This document shows, one piece after another, positions 60,601-64,000 of a stretch of DNA of 64,000 bases (position 1 is its first letter; the number at the start of each line of letters is the position of its first letter). A program made the position numbers and the translations under genes. The stretch lies in NCBI GenBank assembly GCA_965112155.1, contig OZ218103.1; one strand, 5' to 3'. The notes beneath the pieces were generated by a model. The model searched no databases and was not told where the DNA came from. It saw only the letters and a program-made list of their open reading frames with translations. The stretch comes from Podarcis liolepis (taxonomy: Eukaryota).

Positions 60601-63600
60601 CCTACTCACCCATGTGGCTGTTAGCTGCTAATGAGCTGTTTGGTGCCCCCACATGCTCTACCTCAAGGGCAATGGGAAACAAAGGTATGTCTCCAATGTT
60701 TCATGCAGGTGGTGGAGGTAAGGGGCAGTGCCTGTTTGAAGGAAAAACAAAATAAAGGATGAACAATTAGCGGAAGTTTTCTGTCGTCCCCCAGGATCTC
60801 CCAAATCTTGTCACCACCATTTAGATTTTTACTGACCTTGTACCACTGTAGGCTGGCAAACCGCTGCAAAATAAATGTTTAAAATGTTTTTATGTGCCCA
60901 AAACTATTTCAAGGTATCCTCCCAAAATTGCTTTATTACTTCTTCCTCATTGCAAGAGCTTCTGCTGCACTTATAATGCTTCATCTGCAACATTTACTAT
61001 ACATTCGCTGCTGAAGACATCTGATCCCTTCCCAAGTCAGTAGCCAAAATGCAGAGCTCCTGATTAGCTAGGAGGTCTTGACAGTTTAGAATCTAGTGCC
61101 TGCTAAGGGTCTCCAAGCTCAAGTCCAAGTGGCAATTTCATATTTATGTTTGGAGACACAGTGGCAAGAGGTGCTCTAACATAATTACTCTTTTTTAGAT
61201 CATGTGGCCAGACAGGGGAAGCCCAGGGAAGGTGAAATTCAGTTTCCCTCTTCCCTCTTTGAATAGACAACACTATGGCATTTGGAACATTTTCATTATG
61301 AAGAATACTGTTTTTGCAGCGGAGGGGGATTATTGACAGTGTCGATTCAGCTGGGCATTAAAGCTGAAATTTCTTGATCATGGGCTCAATAAGGAACTTC
61401 GCTGATTCACTGCTACTGCTTTATCTCTCCCATATTTCAACTTATTCTTTGCATTATAGTGGTGTAAAAAACAAGTTTCTGACAGCTGTCAGGCCTCCCT
61501 TGTTAAATCTTGACAATGGATCTGATGGCAGCTAATGAGTCTGTTTAATAATGGTATTACATTAGACCATTTCTGAGTTTGCTAATATAAATAGGCCATT
61601 TGCAAATGGCCATGTAAGTAGGGTTTACAATTTCTATATTCATGTCTCCCATCAAAAATTGCTTATGGCTCTTTTCTGTTTCTTAGAAGAGTTGGGCCAA
61701 GCCCCCTTGAGTTTCCAGATAGATAATATCAGTATGACATTGAGGGTGTCTACTCGATATGGCAGATATGGCAATGCTAGGATGTTTAGAAAGGCAGTCA
61801 TGAGCTTCAGCCAACCTTTCTGCTCTTATTGTCTTTTTAAATGTCTCCTGAGTTTTCAGGCATTCCTGTTCTGTTCATTAGTCCCAAGCTTTGTTCTCTA
61901 ATATAGGAATTAGGCAGATTAATAAGAAGAAATCTTTGAGGTTTGGATCATGTTAGGTTTGTGAGAGCTTTGTGCAATGCCAAGGGTGAGTAGACTGAGA
62001 AGTTCATTTTTGTGTGTGAAAGAGCCAGCTCTTCAACTTATTGGGATGCAACATTTTGCAGAGAAGAGGGCAGAGTTTTTAGTTTCCCAGTATCTCTAGA
62101 TGTGAACTCAATTAGCAAAGTACTCAGCTGGTGGAAGTAGGATTGCTTCTCCCGTTCCTTGGGACTATGAGGGCTTCAGCCAGAGAATGCTAACTATCTA
62201 TCTTGGCTGGAGTCTGTAGGCTGCAGTCTTGGCAAGGGGCAAATGAGTGTTTGAAATCAGATTCAGATAAGCCTGCTTCATCAAGAAAATGGGGGCTGCT
62301 AATTGATAAAGAAAAGGGCATAAATGAAAATATGAATGTGAGCAGCCTGGAAGGATTTGTTGTTGGATATTGAATAGCTTCAAAATCTTTTACAGTTGGT
62401 GTCTCGTTTGAGTAATCCGTTTAAGAGGATGCTCTCTTTGGCTAACAAATGTGGGTACTGAGGGACAGAAAGCAGTAGGGATAGTGGGGAAAGGCAGGAG
62501 AGAGTGTCTGCTATAGGCAGTCCTGAGATTGGGGTGGCCCTGAAGAAACAGTGGCTTTAAAATAAATAAATAAAGGCAAGAAGCTTCCCAACTCCATTAT
62601 GGGCCTGTAACCGGCCACCGAAGTCAGCAGCAAAATGGCTAGCGCTTCAGCCTCTTCAGGCTTAATGTGTCCTGTTTTCTGACCCTGAAACATTCCCTTT
62701 ATGAAAGGATCAAGTTGGGAGCATTGTCCCAGTGCCTTGAAAAGAGCGGCACAGAATGTGCTTTTGTGTTAACTTGCCTTTTTTTCATTTTCTGAGCTAC
62801 TGCCTGCTGTGCTCCCCCCCACCTTTTTAAAGGCGACTAGGCAGAAGGGGGACGGGACGGGAAAGAGAGGCTGGGAAGGACAGTGATACAGACAGAGACT
62901 GTCTTGATGAACCATCTGTGCTGGGGTGTAGTCCAGTGGAGCTGAAAAATTAAACAGCATTTTCAATTAACTTTCTGTCCCTCTTTCTCCAGTGCCTTTT
63001 CTCTTCCCTTCCCCCTTCCTGGTTTTCTATGGAAGTTTTTATTTTAACCCTTTGAAAGCTGTTGCAGGAGTGGGAAGATGTTTGCTTTTAGGGCAGGTCC
63101 TCTGGGAGTAAATCCATGAATTGCTAGGCAGTGTCAGATGGTTGTACTCTATTAACTCCATTCCCCGTTTCTTACAGAAGTATTACTCAGCCCCTCCACT
63201 TTTGCAGAGGCTATAAGGCCTGTACCTATTCTTTGTTTTTGTATAGGCTCAAACCTTAAGGCTACTCTTTTTGAGCCATCCCATTATCGAGACCTTGTTC
63301 ACACTTGGGTTGCTGTAGCTGTCACAAACTTGTCCTTGTTTATTGTTACAGGGAATTGTGCTTCCTTTTTTCTAAACTTACACACAGTCATGTTGTATAT
63401 AAGTATTTTCTGTTTTCCATTTATAGACCTGTTACACACTGAGGCAGACCAAATGACTACTACTAGTGCCTCCTCAGTGATATAGTACAAATGAGAGTGT
63501 GGCCCAGGAGTCCATTAGAATTAGGTGAGATGGATAGTGAGGGTTAATTTGCTCCCCATTATTGAGGTGTGAATAGCTAAGGATTAAGTATCAATTGCCC

Positions 63601-63937
63601 CTGAGTGGCGGTGTTCACACTTCAGCTAATGAGCTACTGTGCAAGCTGCACATCTCACATGAATAAGTAGTAGGGTTACAGTGCCAGTTGGAGGGCACTG
63701 TTGGTCATTTTGCCACCACATCAGGGATTGACCCCAACCCCAATACTGGAATTTCAGCAGCAATTGGTGCTGCTACACTCATTTTCCTCTTCCTTTTCTC
63801 CTGGCTATATAGCTGTCTCACACAAGGAATTTATGTGTTTCTGGCTGGGCTGGCAATGGTAATGTTTGAGGGCTGTCATTGTGGCCCAGGGTGACCTAGA
63901 CTGGCAAGTCCTTGTGTTTAGGTAAGGTAAATAAATA

Positions 63938-64000
63938 AGGTAGATAAATAGGTACCGCTGCGGCAGGAAGGTAAACGACATTTCTGTGCACTCTGGTTTC
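63938..64000 (+). mobile_element. Sauria SINE internal fragment (5'-truncated, runs off the window)
   Basis: GTAGATAAATAGGTACCGCTGCGGCAGGAAGGTAAACGACATTTCTGTGCACTCTGG matches the 6420-6478 part of the first copy. Confidence 0.8.

Larger units (their letters stand above)
18875..64000 (+). other. RNF220: RNF220 intron 2 (partial, >45 kb)
   Basis: Begins GTAAGT. No downstream RNF220 coding exon (expected ...KKKAAALFDSQAP...) was recognised in the rest of the window. Confidence 0.8.

Overview
This is vertebrate genomic DNA, not prokaryotic. The Sauria-type SINEs and squamate L2/CR1/hAT repeats point to a squamate, probably a lacertid lizard (inference). The window holds the 5' end of RNF220 (RING E3 ubiquitin ligase) on the + strand. 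There is about 10.8 kb of TE-rich upstream DNA, then a CpG-island promoter (~10.85-14.2 kb) with a probable non-coding exon 1 ending at 11374 (CACG|GTGAGT). Exon 2 spans 18133-18874 (117 nt UTR + 625 nt CDS from ATG 18250, phase-1 donor). The remaining ~45 kb is a very large intron 2 that continues past the window end. The intron contains SINEs, LINE 3' ends, MITE/hAT elements (some with perfect 8-bp TSDs), microsatellites and several repeat-free, CpG-retaining, TF-motif-dense blocks that look like enhancers. There are two N gaps, one in intron 1 and one in intron 2. Almost all other ORFs in the track are spurious. I see no CRISPR, operon or novel multi-gene system. The best new leads are: (i) a 129-codon stop-free in-frame leader across the exon 1/2 junction plus two uORFs; (ii) a candidate internal first exon (ATG CCT AAT CAC CAT G|GTGAGA, 24084-24099) phase-compatible with exon 3; (iii) corepressor-type linear motifs in the RNF220 N-terminus; (iv) palindromic TF-site clusters. 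All of these are hypotheses from sequence reading alone. Repeat family names are from recall of consensus sequences, not from a search.
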